From positions 16,077 through 80,076 of the IMG/VR virus record IMGVR_UViG_3300034095_002552: DNA of 64,000 nt; one strand, 5' to 3'. The notes under the pieces were generated by a model. The model made no database searches. It had not been told where the DNA came from and saw only the letters and a list, made by a program, of their open reading frames with translations. Source of the stretch: a virus. The translations under genes were made by a program, and so were the position numbers. Each line of letters starts with the position of its first letter. The first letter of the stretch is position 1. Positions 39,580 to 49,062 of the stretch are shown in pieces.

Positions 39580-40593
39580 TTATTTTTTAAACTTCTCATG
39601 AAAAAAATCACAATTAAAAACATTATGATTTGATGATCTTAATTTATCTAAAGTGTTTTCCATATTGAACTTACATTCACTACCAAAAATTCCACGATCA
39701 GCATTGGAAATATTCTGTTGAAGCCTAATATATAGCCAAAATCTAAGCTCTTTCATGCCTTCAGATAAATTTTTATCATCGTCTAAATGCAAAAATTGTA
39801 AAAACTCCTCAATGGTTAACCAAGAATAACTAGAAAAAGAATCACCATCTTTATAATCACAAGGCAATTTTCTTTCTAGCGAACATTTTATAAAATGTAA
39901 AATCAATAAAATATAGTTTTTAGCATTAAAATAACTAATGCAACATGATGAATCCATAATTCTAAATTCAATTGTATTTCTTTTTCTGTTAACCATGTGG
40001 TAAGTGTTTAAAGTAAAATACTTATGCTTTCCAAGCTGATTAATTAAATATCCACTATCATGCATTTCATTTTTAACACTTTCAACAATCGATGTAAAAG
40101 ACAACATTTGGCAATATTTGCTTTTTCTTCTTTTAATTGGAACTATATCCATAAAAACATTTTCGCATTTAATCCACCACGAAATAATTGCACCTAAATC
40201 ATCTTTTTTCAAATCATTTACATCAACATGAATATGAAAAGAACATCTTGAATCGGCTTGCACAAAATTATCAGTTGAAAATGAATTAACGACAGAGCAA
40301 ACACTTTTGATTCCAGTCATACCTTTTAAAACTGGTGTGCATATTTCTATTCCACAACTACTATCTGGTTTTAATATCCAAGAGTCATTGTGGTGATTAT
40401 TTTGCCATCGATGAATATCAACTTTGTTTTTAACCGTTTTTTGTACTAAATTTGCTATGTATCCTATGCCTTCTGGTAGGTTTCCGAATTCATATCCAGA
40501 AGGTCTATTCCTAAGATCGAAAGCGTTCAATTCAATCTCAACGCCAAATCTTCTTGAACTATCACATGATATTAAATTTCTGTTATTGTCCAC
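39580..40593 (-). CDS. putative amidoligase (COOH-NH2 ligase fold)
   Basis: RFGVEIE, WILKPDSS, EICTPVL, CSFHIHV, KYFTLN, TIEFR. Confidence 0.85.
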   Translation of the reverse strand: MDNNRNLISCDSSRRFGVEIELNAFDLRNRPSGYEFGNLPEGIGYIANLVQKTVKNKVDIHRWQNNHHNDSWILKPDSSCGIEICTPVLKGMTGIKSVCSVVNSFSTDNFVQADSRCSFHIHVDVNDLKKDDLGAIISWWIKCENVFMDIVPIKRRKSKYCQMLSFTSIVESVKNEMHDSGYLINQLGKHKYFTLNTYHMVNRKRNTIEFRIMDSSCCISYFNAKNYILLILHFIKCSLERKLPCDYKDGDSFSSYSWLTIEEFLQFLHLDDDKNLSEGMKELRFWLYIRLQQNISNADRGIFGSECKFNMENTLDKLRSSNHNVFNCDFFHEKFKK

Positions 40594-40648
40594 GCTTGGT
40601 TCCCTCGTTTATAATTATAAATAATATTCTATCCAAAGGAGAATAACG

Positions 40649-41080
40649 ATGAATTGTTTATTAGTAAAATTAAAAGACAAAAGAAAATTCCTTACAAGCA
40701 AAAACAATTTAGATCAACTAATTGAGTTTGCAAATACATTTAAAGCAGAATTATCATTAGTTGAAACCAATTGCAAAAATATAAAATCATTAGAGGAACT
40801 TGCTAATGATATTTGTGATACCAATTGCAAACAAGAAGATTTTGATTATAAAGAAATTGAAAAAATTGCAAAAAAAAAATCAAACAAAATATTTGAACAA
40901 ATGATAAAAGATCTAAAAAGCAAAAAAACAATTGATATTAGCAAAATAAAATGTGAATTTAGCAAACAAGGATTGGAAGAAAAAGAAATATCTGCACAAA
41001 TACAAAAAGCCAAGAATTACATCAAAAAAATTGGGTTTACATTGAATAAAATCGATAAAAATAAGTATAAAATAAATTAA
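40649..41080 (+). CDS. hypothetical protein
   Basis: AAGGAG RBS; TATAAATA at 40616-40623. Confidence 0.65.
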   Translation: MNCLLVKLKDKRKFLTSKNNLDQLIEFANTFKAELSLVETNCKNIKSLEELANDICDTNCKQEDFDYKEIEKIAKKKSNKIFEQMIKDLKSKKTIDISKIKCEFSKQGLEEKEISAQIQKAKNYIKKIGFTLNKIDKNKYKIN

Positions 41081-41087
41081 ATAATTC

Positions 41088-42002
41088 TTATTTTAATAGA
41101 AAAACTTTATTTTCATCCATTAAATCTTTTAGCTTTATCAATATAGAAGCTACAATTTGTCTAACTCTTTCTCTTGTTATTCCTAATTTTTTCCCAATAT
41201 GTCTTAACGAATAATATTCTTTTTTACAATTGATTCCAAATTTCATGCAAATAATAAATCTTTGCCTTTTATTGCATCGCTTTAGCAAAGATTCCACACA
41301 ATGATTTATGTGTTCCTTTTCGCAAAAATTACTCAAAGGATCTTCTATTACAGGATTAAGTTGTTCTGTCAATTGAATGCTTCTAAGCATTATGATAATC
41401 ATTTGTAGATTTTTAGGATAAGTTCCAAAATCATTAATGTTTTCAATTTCTAATTCTTTTTCAATATTTTTCACATCATTAAAAGCAAGAGTTTGAAAAA
41501 TTACAGTTGATATTTTTTGCAATTTTGAATAAACATTTGTCGGAACTTTAACAAAATATCTATTGTGAGATATGTATTTATAAATTCTTTTATAAATATG
41601 AAAAAGTACATAATAACTAAATTTAACATTCTTGCTTGCATCATAACCATTTATTGCCTCATAAATACCCAAAACACCTTCTTGAATGCAATCAGGCATT
41701 AAATCAACAGGGATATTTATTTTTTTTCCCATCCAATAAATCAATTTATAACAAGAAAAAACAAGTTTATCACAAGCCTTTATATCGCCATTTTTGGCAC
41801 TTTTAACAAGATTCATTTGCTCTTGTGTTGTTAATTTTTTTTTAAAATTTTCTTGTTCTATTTTGTCGAATGTGAAGTCACGATAAAATTTAATACCATA
41901 ATTTTTTTTTAAACTAAATTCAAAAAGTCTGTCTAATTTAGTTATTTTAAATTTTTGCCAATTTTTAAACGACTTGGTATTTCCCAATTTAACAGAACTC
42001 AT
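41088..42002 (-). CDS. sigma-70 family RNA polymerase sigma factor
   Basis: AKNGDIKACDKLV, DCIQEGVLGIYEAINGYD...KFSYY (region 2); SLRHIGKKLGITRERVRQI (region 4.2). Confidence 0.9.
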   Translation of the reverse strand: MSSVKLGNTKSFKNWQKFKITKLDRLFEFSLKKNYGIKFYRDFTFDKIEQENFKKKLTTQEQMNLVKSAKNGDIKACDKLVFSCYKLIYWMGKKINIPVDLMPDCIQEGVLGIYEAINGYDASKNVKFSYYVLFHIYKRIYKYISHNRYFVKVPTNVYSKLQKISTVIFQTLAFNDVKNIEKELEIENINDFGTYPKNLQMIIIMLRSIQLTEQLNPVIEDPLSNFCEKEHINHCVESLLKRCNKRQRFIICMKFGINCKKEYYSLRHIGKKLGITRERVRQIVASILIKLKDLMDENKVFLLK

Positions 42003-42060
42003 CAGCTACTCCTTAACTTGTATGACAAATAATATTGATTAATTCATCAAAGTAAAGGCA

Positions 42061-42100
42061 AAAAAAAAGGAATTACCTAAATCAAAGGTAATTCCCTTTT
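42061..42100 (-). terminator. intrinsic terminator after recA
   Basis: GGAATTACCT / AGGTAATTCC flanked by an A run and a T run. Confidence 0.8.
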
Positions 42101-42116
42101 AAAGTTAAATTTAAAA

Positions 42117-43328
42117 TTATTCTAATTCTTCGTCTATCACATCGTCATCATCTGAACCCAATACATCAGTTTCGATGACATCAGCACCAAGCTTAAAGTT
42201 CATTGCATCCTTAAAAGGCTCAAAATAATCAACCAACTCCTGCTCAGATGTAGCATCCACCAAACTTGGATATTTAAGCAATATTTCAAGTGGCACTTCA
42301 TTTTTATCAAGCGAAGCCTTGAACTTTACTTCTTCTCCATTGGAAAATGCATCTGCGATGACAAAATTACCAGCACTTTTAGCCACAATTCTATTCGCAT
42401 CAAGCAAACAAGACAATAAGCCACTAACAGGATTTATTCCATGTTCAAAAAGCAATTGAATGTTTTCTGTTGAAATAAATGGCGTGTGAGTCTTATTCTT
42501 GACATTTTTAACACGAATGTTAATTCCAAGAATCTTGGTTTTTTTTGCACTGATTTTATATTCTATCTTCTTCATTGTAGATGTTTCTAATCTACATGAA
42601 GCATAGAATGGTAAAGCGTTACCACCGCCAGCAGTTGTGGTTGGATTGCCATAAAGAACACCTATCTTGGATCTTGTCTGATTCAAAATAACAACAGTGG
42701 CATCATTGGTTTCCATAACAGTATTAAGCTTACGGAATTCTCTAGAACAAATCTTAGCCCGTTCACCTGGCTGTTCATTGCCACCCACAATGCGTTTAAA
42801 ATCAGCTTTTGAGGCATTCTCTGGAAGCTTGACCTCTCTAAGCTCTCTAGCTGATGGACTCACGCCAATAGAATCGTAGACGATTGCAATAGGGCAGTCT
42901 TTTCTTTTCGAACGAACAAATTCGATAGATTTATACATCTTCAAAAAAACATCTTCCAAACTCTGAGGAGTATGCCTCACAATTTTAGTAAGATCACAAT
43001 GTGATGCCTTTTGAATAAATTCTTTATTAGCTGAATTTTCACAATCCTCAAGAATTGCAATTCCATCCTGTCTCTGACTTCCAAATAAAATATTTGTTCC
43101 TATCAATGATTTTGATGACGAAGAAGGACCATATATTTCAGTTAGCTTTCCGCCCGGAATACCACCACCCATAAACTTTCCACTACAAATATAATTTATC
43201 GCAAGATTCCCAGTATCAACAAAATACTTCACACTATCAATCTTGGCAACAATATCGCCACCAGTTTGATTTGCTAAATCTTGAAAAAATGAATCATCAT
43301 CGACCTTTCTTTTGGCCATGTTAAACAC
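42117..43328 (-). CDS. recA: RecA/UvsX recombinase
   Basis: DTGNLAIN, GGGIPGGKLTEIYGPSSSSKS, YDSI, ILNQTRSKIGVLYGNPTTTAGGGNALPFYASCRL. Confidence 0.93.
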   Translation of the reverse strand: MFNMAKRKVDDDSFFQDLANQTGGDIVAKIDSVKYFVDTGNLAINYICSGKFMGGGIPGGKLTEIYGPSSSSKSLIGTNILFGSQRQDGIAILEDCENSANKEFIQKASHCDLTKIVRHTPQSLEDVFLKMYKSIEFVRSKRKDCPIAIVYDSIGVSPSARELREVKLPENASKADFKRIVGGNEQPGERAKICSREFRKLNTVMETNDATVVILNQTRSKIGVLYGNPTTTAGGGNALPFYASCRLETSTMKKIEYKISAKKTKILGINIRVKNVKNKTHTPFISTENIQLLFEHGINPVSGLLSCLLDANRIVAKSAGNFVIADAFSNGEEVKFKASLDKNEVPLEILLKYPSLVDATSEQELVDYFEPFKDAMNFKLGADVIETDVLGSDDDDVIDEELE

Positions 43329-43354
43329 CTCGGTAAAAATGTAATTATTTTTTT

Positions 43355-43389
43355 AAAAAAATAGGTGGAATCACTGACTCCACCTATTT
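43355..43389 (-). terminator. intrinsic terminator after the SSB gene
   Basis: AAATAGGTGGA / TCCACCTATTT with an A run on plus (U tract on minus). Confidence 0.8.
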
Positions 43390-43401
43390 GAAGACAGGGA
43401 A

Positions 43402-44415
43402 TTAAATACCTTCTAATTCTTTCAAAAAGTCATCATCAGCAAGAGATGCAGAATCATCCGTTTTGGAAACTACCTTTGCAGTTTTCTTGACAGATAAAAT
43501 TTCTTCATCAATAGTATCTGAACCAGAAATTACATTTGAAGAACTTAAGTTAGATCTAGAAGAAGATCCCGATGAATTACGAAATTCATCTAAAGAATCA
43601 TCTTGTTGGCCTTCTACTATCATTCCGCAATGAACTCTCAAGGCATGCTTAATATCATCGCCAGATTTGATAATACGAAGAGACTGAAGGTCTTGTAAAC
43701 TTGTTAGCCATTTTTCAAGCTCTTCTGAGGTGCCTGAAGAAGAAACTTCTTCAAACTTTGAAAAGTCATAGTTTGGATATTCTCTATTGCCACTCTTAAC
43801 AACTTTTTTAACAAGTCTAAAATCACGACCAGTTGTTGGATGTGTAATATCCCCTAATTCCTTTTCTCCAGCAGCCTCATCACCAAGAATTGCTCTCAAA
43901 ATCTTAGCATGAACTTGTTTGCCACATGAATAAATTTTTGGCCCTACATTTGTTCCTACTATAGACTTATTTTTAGGATCTACTTCCGATCTAACGATAA
44001 CATTGTAATAATATCGTTCAACTGGCTTTAACTCCCTAGCACTGTTACGCATATCTTCTTGATCTTTGCCAGACAGTCCTTCAGATTTTTGCCATAAATC
44101 ACTATAGTACTTACAAATAATGCAATCTCCACGCCATTGTGGACCCCTATCAGTATCGGTAAGAGTTTTAGGACAATGGAATATTCTTTTCTGATTCGTA
44201 GTTGGATTATTTAAAGTGTGAATTCTTGTCGCACAATACAACTTTTGGCCTTTTCTCTTAGGCAAAAAACGCATCAAAACAAATCCATCACGGTCAGGAA
44301 GTCGTACATATTTTGCAAAGTACTCTTCGTTTTGACCCGTGTTGCTTTCTGAATTTACTCGTTTGGATTCTTTTTTTAACTCGTTAAGATCGAGTGGTTC
44401 GTAATCGATACCCAT
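43402..44415 (-). CDS. single-stranded DNA-binding protein, T4 gp32-like
   Basis: MRFLP, H...CP...CIIC zinc site, RYYYNVIVR, DITHPTTGRDF, YPNYDFSKF, acidic tail DDDFLKELEGI; start re-called at ATG 44415 (MGIDYE) after AGGTG. Confidence 0.9.
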   Translation of the reverse strand: MGIDYEPLDLNELKKESKRVNSESNTGQNEEYFAKYVRLPDRDGFVLMRFLPKRKGQKLYCATRIHTLNNPTTNQKRIFHCPKTLTDTDRGPQWRGDCIICKYYSDLWQKSEGLSGKDQEDMRNSARELKPVERYYYNVIVRSEVDPKNKSIVGTNVGPKIYSCGKQVHAKILRAILGDEAAGEKELGDITHPTTGRDFRLVKKVVKSGNREYPNYDFSKFEEVSSSGTSEELEKWLTSLQDLQSLRIIKSGDDIKHALRVHCGMIVEGQQDDSLDEFRNSSGSSSRSNLSSSNVISGSDTIDEEILSVKKTAKVVSKTDDSASLADDDFLKELEGI

Positions 44416-44434
44416 GATAGCACCTGCCTTTAAA

Positions 44435-44555
44435 TGATGGTTCGAGTAATGAATAATCACTACTCAATTAGTTAATGGTTCGAGCAATAAAACATTTATT
44501 GCCCAGTTAGTCAATGATTCGAGAAACAAACGATATGCTTCTCAGTTAGTCATTT
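44435..44555 (-). repeat. three tandem stem-loops joined by conserved 16-nt linkers in the SSB leader (candidate cis-regulatory RNA)
   Basis: Period 38-39 nt; stems at 44444-44465, 44482-44504, 44521-44543; linkers AATTAGTTAATGGTTC and AGTTAGTCAATGATTC. Confidence 0.8.
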
Positions 44556-44581
44556 ATAATCGTATCTATCATGTTGTGCAA
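44553..44581 (-). promoter_or_regulatory. sigma70-type promoter for the SSB leader
   Basis: Minus strand TTGCAC-N17-TATAAA. Confidence 0.55.
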
Positions 44582-44597
44582 GATTAATTTTATAAAT

Positions 44598-45029
44598 TTA
44601 TTTATTTTCGTAATCGATTACTATTTGTGCATCAGGATCTTGAAATTTTTCCTGTGAATCGATGACACTTTTGTGCATGGCAGATAATTTATCCTGCAAG
44701 CTCATATTGCCTTCAGATTCCAAATTCTCATTAATTTGTTTTCTTATGTCTTGCTCTTGATTGTATTGTTCTTCAAGAGCTTTTAAAATCTCTTGATTTT
44801 TCAATAATTGTTCTTTTATTTTTTCTGTTTTTTTTGCTTCTTGATCCAATTGCAACTCTCTATTGTTAACTATGGGTGTTTTTTTAGGACTAAGTGATTT
44901 TTCCAAAAGGTTTTGACGAACAATTTCCCTTCGTTCTTTTCTTATAGCTTCCCTTCTAAGCAAAACCTTTGTATGTGATTTTTTTTCTCGTTCTTTTCTT
45001 TTCTTTGCAATTTTTTCATTTTTTTTCAT
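44598..45029 (-). CDS. basic coiled-coil hypothetical protein
   Basis: 143 aa, K/R/E-rich. Confidence 0.65.
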   Translation of the reverse strand: MKKNEKIAKKRKEREKKSHTKVLLRREAIRKERREIVRQNLLEKSLSPKKTPIVNNRELQLDQEAKKTEKIKEQLLKNQEILKALEEQYNQEQDIRKQINENLESEGNMSLQDKLSAMHKSVIDSQEKFQDPDAQIVIDYENK

Positions 45030-45031
45030 AA

Positions 45032-45784
45032 CTATCTCCTAATGTTTGGCATGTTTTCTTGTGATGCGTTTCCCCAAAAAAGCTTTCCACCTTCTCTATC
45101 TTTTTGTGTCTCTGAAAAATTAACTTCATTGTCACCAATGAGGCCAACTGGGGCTTGAATAAAATATTTGTCGCTAATTTTTATTTCCTTAGACATATCA
45201 TCTATAATTGTATAAATCTCACCTTGAATAGAGCCAGATTTAGCATAAACTGGGTATTTTTTATCAACTGTTAGTTTATATCCTTTTGTCTTTACTTCAT
45301 GTAGCATTGGCAATTCTGGGGAAAAAACAACTGTTGTGATTGGCTTTTTTGACCTTACCACAGTTTGCTTTTGAATTGCCAATTGCTCATGAGGATAAAT
45401 TTCTCTTTTCTCTATTTGTTCATGAGGATAAAGTTCTATTTTCTCCACTTGTTCATGAGGATAAGTCGAATTTCCTACGCATGCTACAGACAAATCTTGA
45501 ACCGAAAAACCCACAGAGTGATCAAATGTGAACTTTTTGTTTTTTATCACAACGCCACCATCAGATTCTCTAAAGCTAATTGGTTTTTTGCTAAGTTCAA
45601 ATACTTCTACACTAGCGACAAATATATCTCTTCGAGCAAGTTGCCCCATTACAACGGATGCAAGCTTTTCCAAAGGTACATCCTCGAATGGATCTCCAAC
45701 CTTTTTTTTGATTGTTTTAACTTCATCTTTATTGTAATTCCCATCAACTTTTTCGTGATAAGAATAAATTACTTCGTAGCCCAT
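45032..45784 (-). CDS. hypothetical protein with three YPHEQ repeats
   Basis: 250 aa, GAGGA RBS. Confidence 0.7.
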   Translation of the reverse strand: MGYEVIYSYHEKVDGNYNKDEVKTIKKKVGDPFEDVPLEKLASVVMGQLARRDIFVASVEVFELSKKPISFRESDGGVVIKNKKFTFDHSVGFSVQDLSVACVGNSTYPHEQVEKIELYPHEQIEKREIYPHEQLAIQKQTVVRSKKPITTVVFSPELPMLHEVKTKGYKLTVDKKYPVYAKSGSIQGEIYTIIDDMSKEIKISDKYFIQAPVGLIGDNEVNFSETQKDREGGKLFWGNASQENMPNIRR

Positions 45785-45814
45785 AAATTCCTCATAATTT
45801 ATTCTAATATAGTA

Positions 45815-46459
45815 TTATTTTTGTAAAATACCTGTGCCATATCTAGTATTGTAAATAATTGGTTCTTTTTCTACACTTTCTGCAAAAGCATAAAAGGCAT
45901 TTTTCATTTTTTTCAAATCTTTTATATACTCAACAACAATGATCCCGCCATCAGCCATATTCTTCCAAGAAATATCTAAATAATAAAGCAAATCATCATA
46001 AGAATTTTCATCAGTAATAAAAAAACAATCCCACTTTTGGCTTGTTATCTTATCGTTTATTTCATCATCATGAATCGAACCATGATAAAAATCAAATTCT
46101 TTCTTGAAAGACTTTTTTACATTATAAGAACCCATCCTTGGAGAAAAATATAGATTTTCATCTTTTTTTCTAAATGAAAAAAATATTTCTGTTTCTTTGC
46201 ATGACATGAAAAAACATTTTTCCAAAAAACCAAGAGTAAAATTCCATGAAAAAACATTTTTTGGTTTTACAAATTTACCAAGATGATAATAAAACGGAGC
46301 ATACATATAATCTCCATATGCTGGCGTTTTTCTTGAGTTTTCATCTATAAATTTACAATTTTGTAATAAGACCTTACCGTTTATAATCTTTTTATTTAAA
46401 AGAATTGATAATTCTTTTTGTATTGTTTCTATTCTAACCATAAAATAATATAGAAACAA
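45815..46459 (-). CDS. degenerate class I methyltransferase-like protein
   Basis: WDCFFITDENSYDDLLYYLDISWKNMADGGIIVVE resembles the Methyltransf_24 C-terminal half. Confidence 0.45.
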   Translation of the reverse strand: MFLYYFMVRIETIQKELSILLNKKIINGKVLLQNCKFIDENSRKTPAYGDYMYAPFYYHLGKFVKPKNVFSWNFTLGFLEKCFFMSCKETEIFFSFRKKDENLYFSPRMGSYNVKKSFKKEFDFYHGSIHDDEINDKITSQKWDCFFITDENSYDDLLYYLDISWKNMADGGIIVVEYIKDLKKMKNAFYAFAESVEKEPIIYNTRYGTGILQK

Positions 46460-46470
46460 AGGGCAACAAT

Positions 46471-47589
46471 ATGTATGACTTTCTTATAGTTGGATCAGGT
46501 TTTTTTGGATCTACCTTCGCAAGAAGAGCTACCGATCATGGCAAAAAATGTTTAGTAATTGAAAAGAAAGATCATATCGCTGGTGCTGCCCATGATGTGC
46601 CATTTCAAGACTATTATGTTTCCTCTTATGGCGCACATATTTTTCACACTCATAGCTCTGAGATATGGAATTTTGTAAATCAATTTGAAGAATTTATTCC
46701 ATTTATCAATAGGCCAAAAGTATTATCTGGTGGAACAATATATTCATTTCCAATCAATCTAATGACCATGCATCAGTTGTGGGGCGTAAAAAAACCATCT
46801 GAAGCAATTGAGAAATTAGAAAATGTGAAAATTAAATTTGAAAATCCCAAAAACTTTGAAGAATGGGCTTTATCAATGGTCGGAGAAGAAATATACAAAA
46901 AGTTTTTTTATGGATATACAAAAAAACAATGGCTAAAAGAACCAAAAGAATTACCAACATCGATAATTCAAAGACTTCCAATCAGACTGACATATGATGA
47001 AAATTATTTCACCACAAAATATCAGGGTATTCCCAAAAATGGGTATACAAATTTTGTCAAAAAGTTACTTGATGGAATTGATGTGGATACGAATGTTGAT
47101 TTTATAAAAAATAAAGATAAATTATCATCTATGGCAAAAACCATAATCTATACTGGCCCAATAGATGAATACTACGATTATGAATTTGGTAACCTTGATT
47201 ACAACACATTAAGATTTACGAAAGAAGAATACAAAGGCGACTTTCAAGGTAATGCCGTTATAAATTATGCCGATGAAGATGTTCCATACATAAGATCAAT
47301 AGAACACAAACATTTTTATAAACATGGCGAATTAACAAAGCATTATACAAAAAAAAATGAATCAGAAATTAGCATAATAACTTATGATCATCCAGTTTCA
47401 TTTAAAGAAAACCCAGATCCTTTTTATCCTATTAGAAATGAAAAAAATTCAGATATTTATAAAAAATACAATTCAATAAAATCATCAAATATAGTATTTG
47501 GTGGAAGACTTGGTGAATATAAGTACCTAGATCTAGATGCGACTATGGCATCTGCAATAAGCAAATGTAATAAATTTTTGGAGATTTAA
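46471..47589 (+). CDS. glf: UDP-galactopyranose mutase
   Basis: YDFLIVGSGFFG, YGAHIFHT, GYTKKQW, RLPIR, YQGIP, YTGPIDEY, GRLGEYKYLD. Confidence 0.96.
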   Translation: MYDFLIVGSGFFGSTFARRATDHGKKCLVIEKKDHIAGAAHDVPFQDYYVSSYGAHIFHTHSSEIWNFVNQFEEFIPFINRPKVLSGGTIYSFPINLMTMHQLWGVKKPSEAIEKLENVKIKFENPKNFEEWALSMVGEEIYKKFFYGYTKKQWLKEPKELPTSIIQRLPIRLTYDENYFTTKYQGIPKNGYTNFVKKLLDGIDVDTNVDFIKNKDKLSSMAKTIIYTGPIDEYYDYEFGNLDYNTLRFTKEEYKGDFQGNAVINYADEDVPYIRSIEHKHFYKHGELTKHYTKKNESEISIITYDHPVSFKENPDPFYPIRNEKNSDIYKKYNSIKSSNIVFGGRLGEYKYLDLDATMASAISKCNKFLEI

Positions 47590-47590
47590 A

Positions 47591-48595
47591 ATGAATGATG
47601 CTAAATTTGTTGTCTTGGCAACAGAAAAAGGTAAAAAAAGATTAGAAAATTTTTTAGAATATTGCTTAGAAAATAAATCTAAAAAAATAGAATGTGTATT
47701 CTTACTTGGTCCAAAAAACGAAAATAGCTTTGCTGAAGATATCATAGAAAAATATCAAACTGAAAACACAAAAATATCTATAGTTCGTTATGAAAATGAT
47801 CAACCATCATTTAAAAGAAATGGTTATTTTAGAGATTTAGATCAAGATACTGTTGATAATTTCAAATGGTTAATATCAATTGATGAAGACTCAGTAACAA
47901 ATGTTGATGGTCTTATAGATTCATTGAATGATGACTTCAATGAAGAATTTCCAACATATGCTTGCGGGGAAATACAAGATCATTTTCAAAAAGAAGAATT
48001 TTTAGTTGCTGAATATATTGGAAAAAATTGTTGGTATAAAAGAGGTTTAGGACCATTACACGAATGGGAAATATCTTGTTTAAATAATAAAACAATGCAA
48101 ATGATGATAAATTCAAATATAGTTAAAAAAGTTTTTAATTATAGAACAAAATTACTTTCTGGTTGGGGTGATCATTGCCTTGGATTGGCCCTAAGATTAT
48201 TGAAAATACACCCAGTTAAAACATCTTACATGACTGGTGACAATAGAATTTATGATCATAGCCTATTAGGACAAAGATTTCATCACACTCATCACATTTA
48301 TTACAACATTGGAATAGAAAATATTTTAAATGTTTTTAAATTTCCAAATTTACCAACAACAAAAAAAGCTTGGCTAAAACTTAAGGAAGGAAATGCAATA
48401 AAAGATATAGGTGTTGTTTTTTTAAATCAAAACAAAACCATTACAGCATTCGGAGAAGAAAATTTTTTCTATGGTCTTTGGAATATTAAAAACGATCAAA
48501 TTTACATATATCAAAAAGAAATTGAAGAAGGTTTATTATTGGAAAAAGGAAAAGATAGTGAAAACAAAATAAGTGTTTGGGAGCTAATAGATTAA
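47591..48595 (+). CDS. putative glycosyltransferase
   Basis: KWLISIDEDS (DxD), WGDHCLG; directly after glf. Confidence 0.55.
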   Translation: MNDAKFVVLATEKGKKRLENFLEYCLENKSKKIECVFLLGPKNENSFAEDIIEKYQTENTKISIVRYENDQPSFKRNGYFRDLDQDTVDNFKWLISIDEDSVTNVDGLIDSLNDDFNEEFPTYACGEIQDHFQKEEFLVAEYIGKNCWYKRGLGPLHEWEISCLNNKTMQMMINSNIVKKVFNYRTKLLSGWGDHCLGLALRLLKIHPVKTSYMTGDNRIYDHSLLGQRFHHTHHIYYNIGIENILNVFKFPNLPTTKKAWLKLKEGNAIKDIGVVFLNQNKTITAFGEENFFYGLWNIKNDQIYIYQKEIEEGLLLEKGKDSENKISVWELID

Positions 48596-49062
48596 TCAAA
48601 ATCGTATAAAATCAAATCAACTCCAGCTTCACTAAACATATTAGATGCAAGCTCACATGATTCGCTCCATCTTTCTGCCAATTGGCCTTTAATTTTTGGA
48701 GCAATACAATTGCTAATTCCAGATTGAATTATCACACTTGCACAATTAGAACATGGCATAAAAGGGTAAGTTGCTATGGAACATCCAGACACATCTCTTT
48801 GTGCAAATAAAATTGCATTTATTTCAGCGTGTACAACCATTTTGTATTTTATATTTCTATCAGCGTATTTATTTGGATCATCGGCTACGCTCTTTGGAAA
48901 ACCATTATAACCAATTGATACTATTCTGTTTTTATCGTCAAAAATAACAGCACCAACTTGTGTGGATGGATCTTTGCTCCACTCAGAAACATGTTTTGCT
49001 AAATTTAAAAATCTTAAATTCCAATTCATAATCATCCTTTTTCGTTCTGTTCCAAAATGCAT
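48592..49062 (-). CDS. dCMP deaminase
   Basis: SKDPSTQVGAVI, GYNG, HAEINAI, PCSNCA. Confidence 0.93.
   Translation of the reverse strand: MHFGTERKRMIMNWNLRFLNLAKHVSEWSKDPSTQVGAVIFDDKNRIVSIGYNGFPKSVADDPNKYADRNIKYKMVVHAEINAILFAQRDVSGCSIATYPFMPCSNCASVIIQSGISNCIAPKIKGQLAERWSESCELASNMFSEAGVDLILYDFD

Noticed and set aside
44435-44555. SSB-leader repeats as a CRISPR mini-array or as tRNAs (GGTTCGAG resembles a T-loop)
   Set aside because: The variable parts are only about 16-17 nt and self-complementary, no cas genes are present, and there is no T-stem or cloverleaf around GTTCGA
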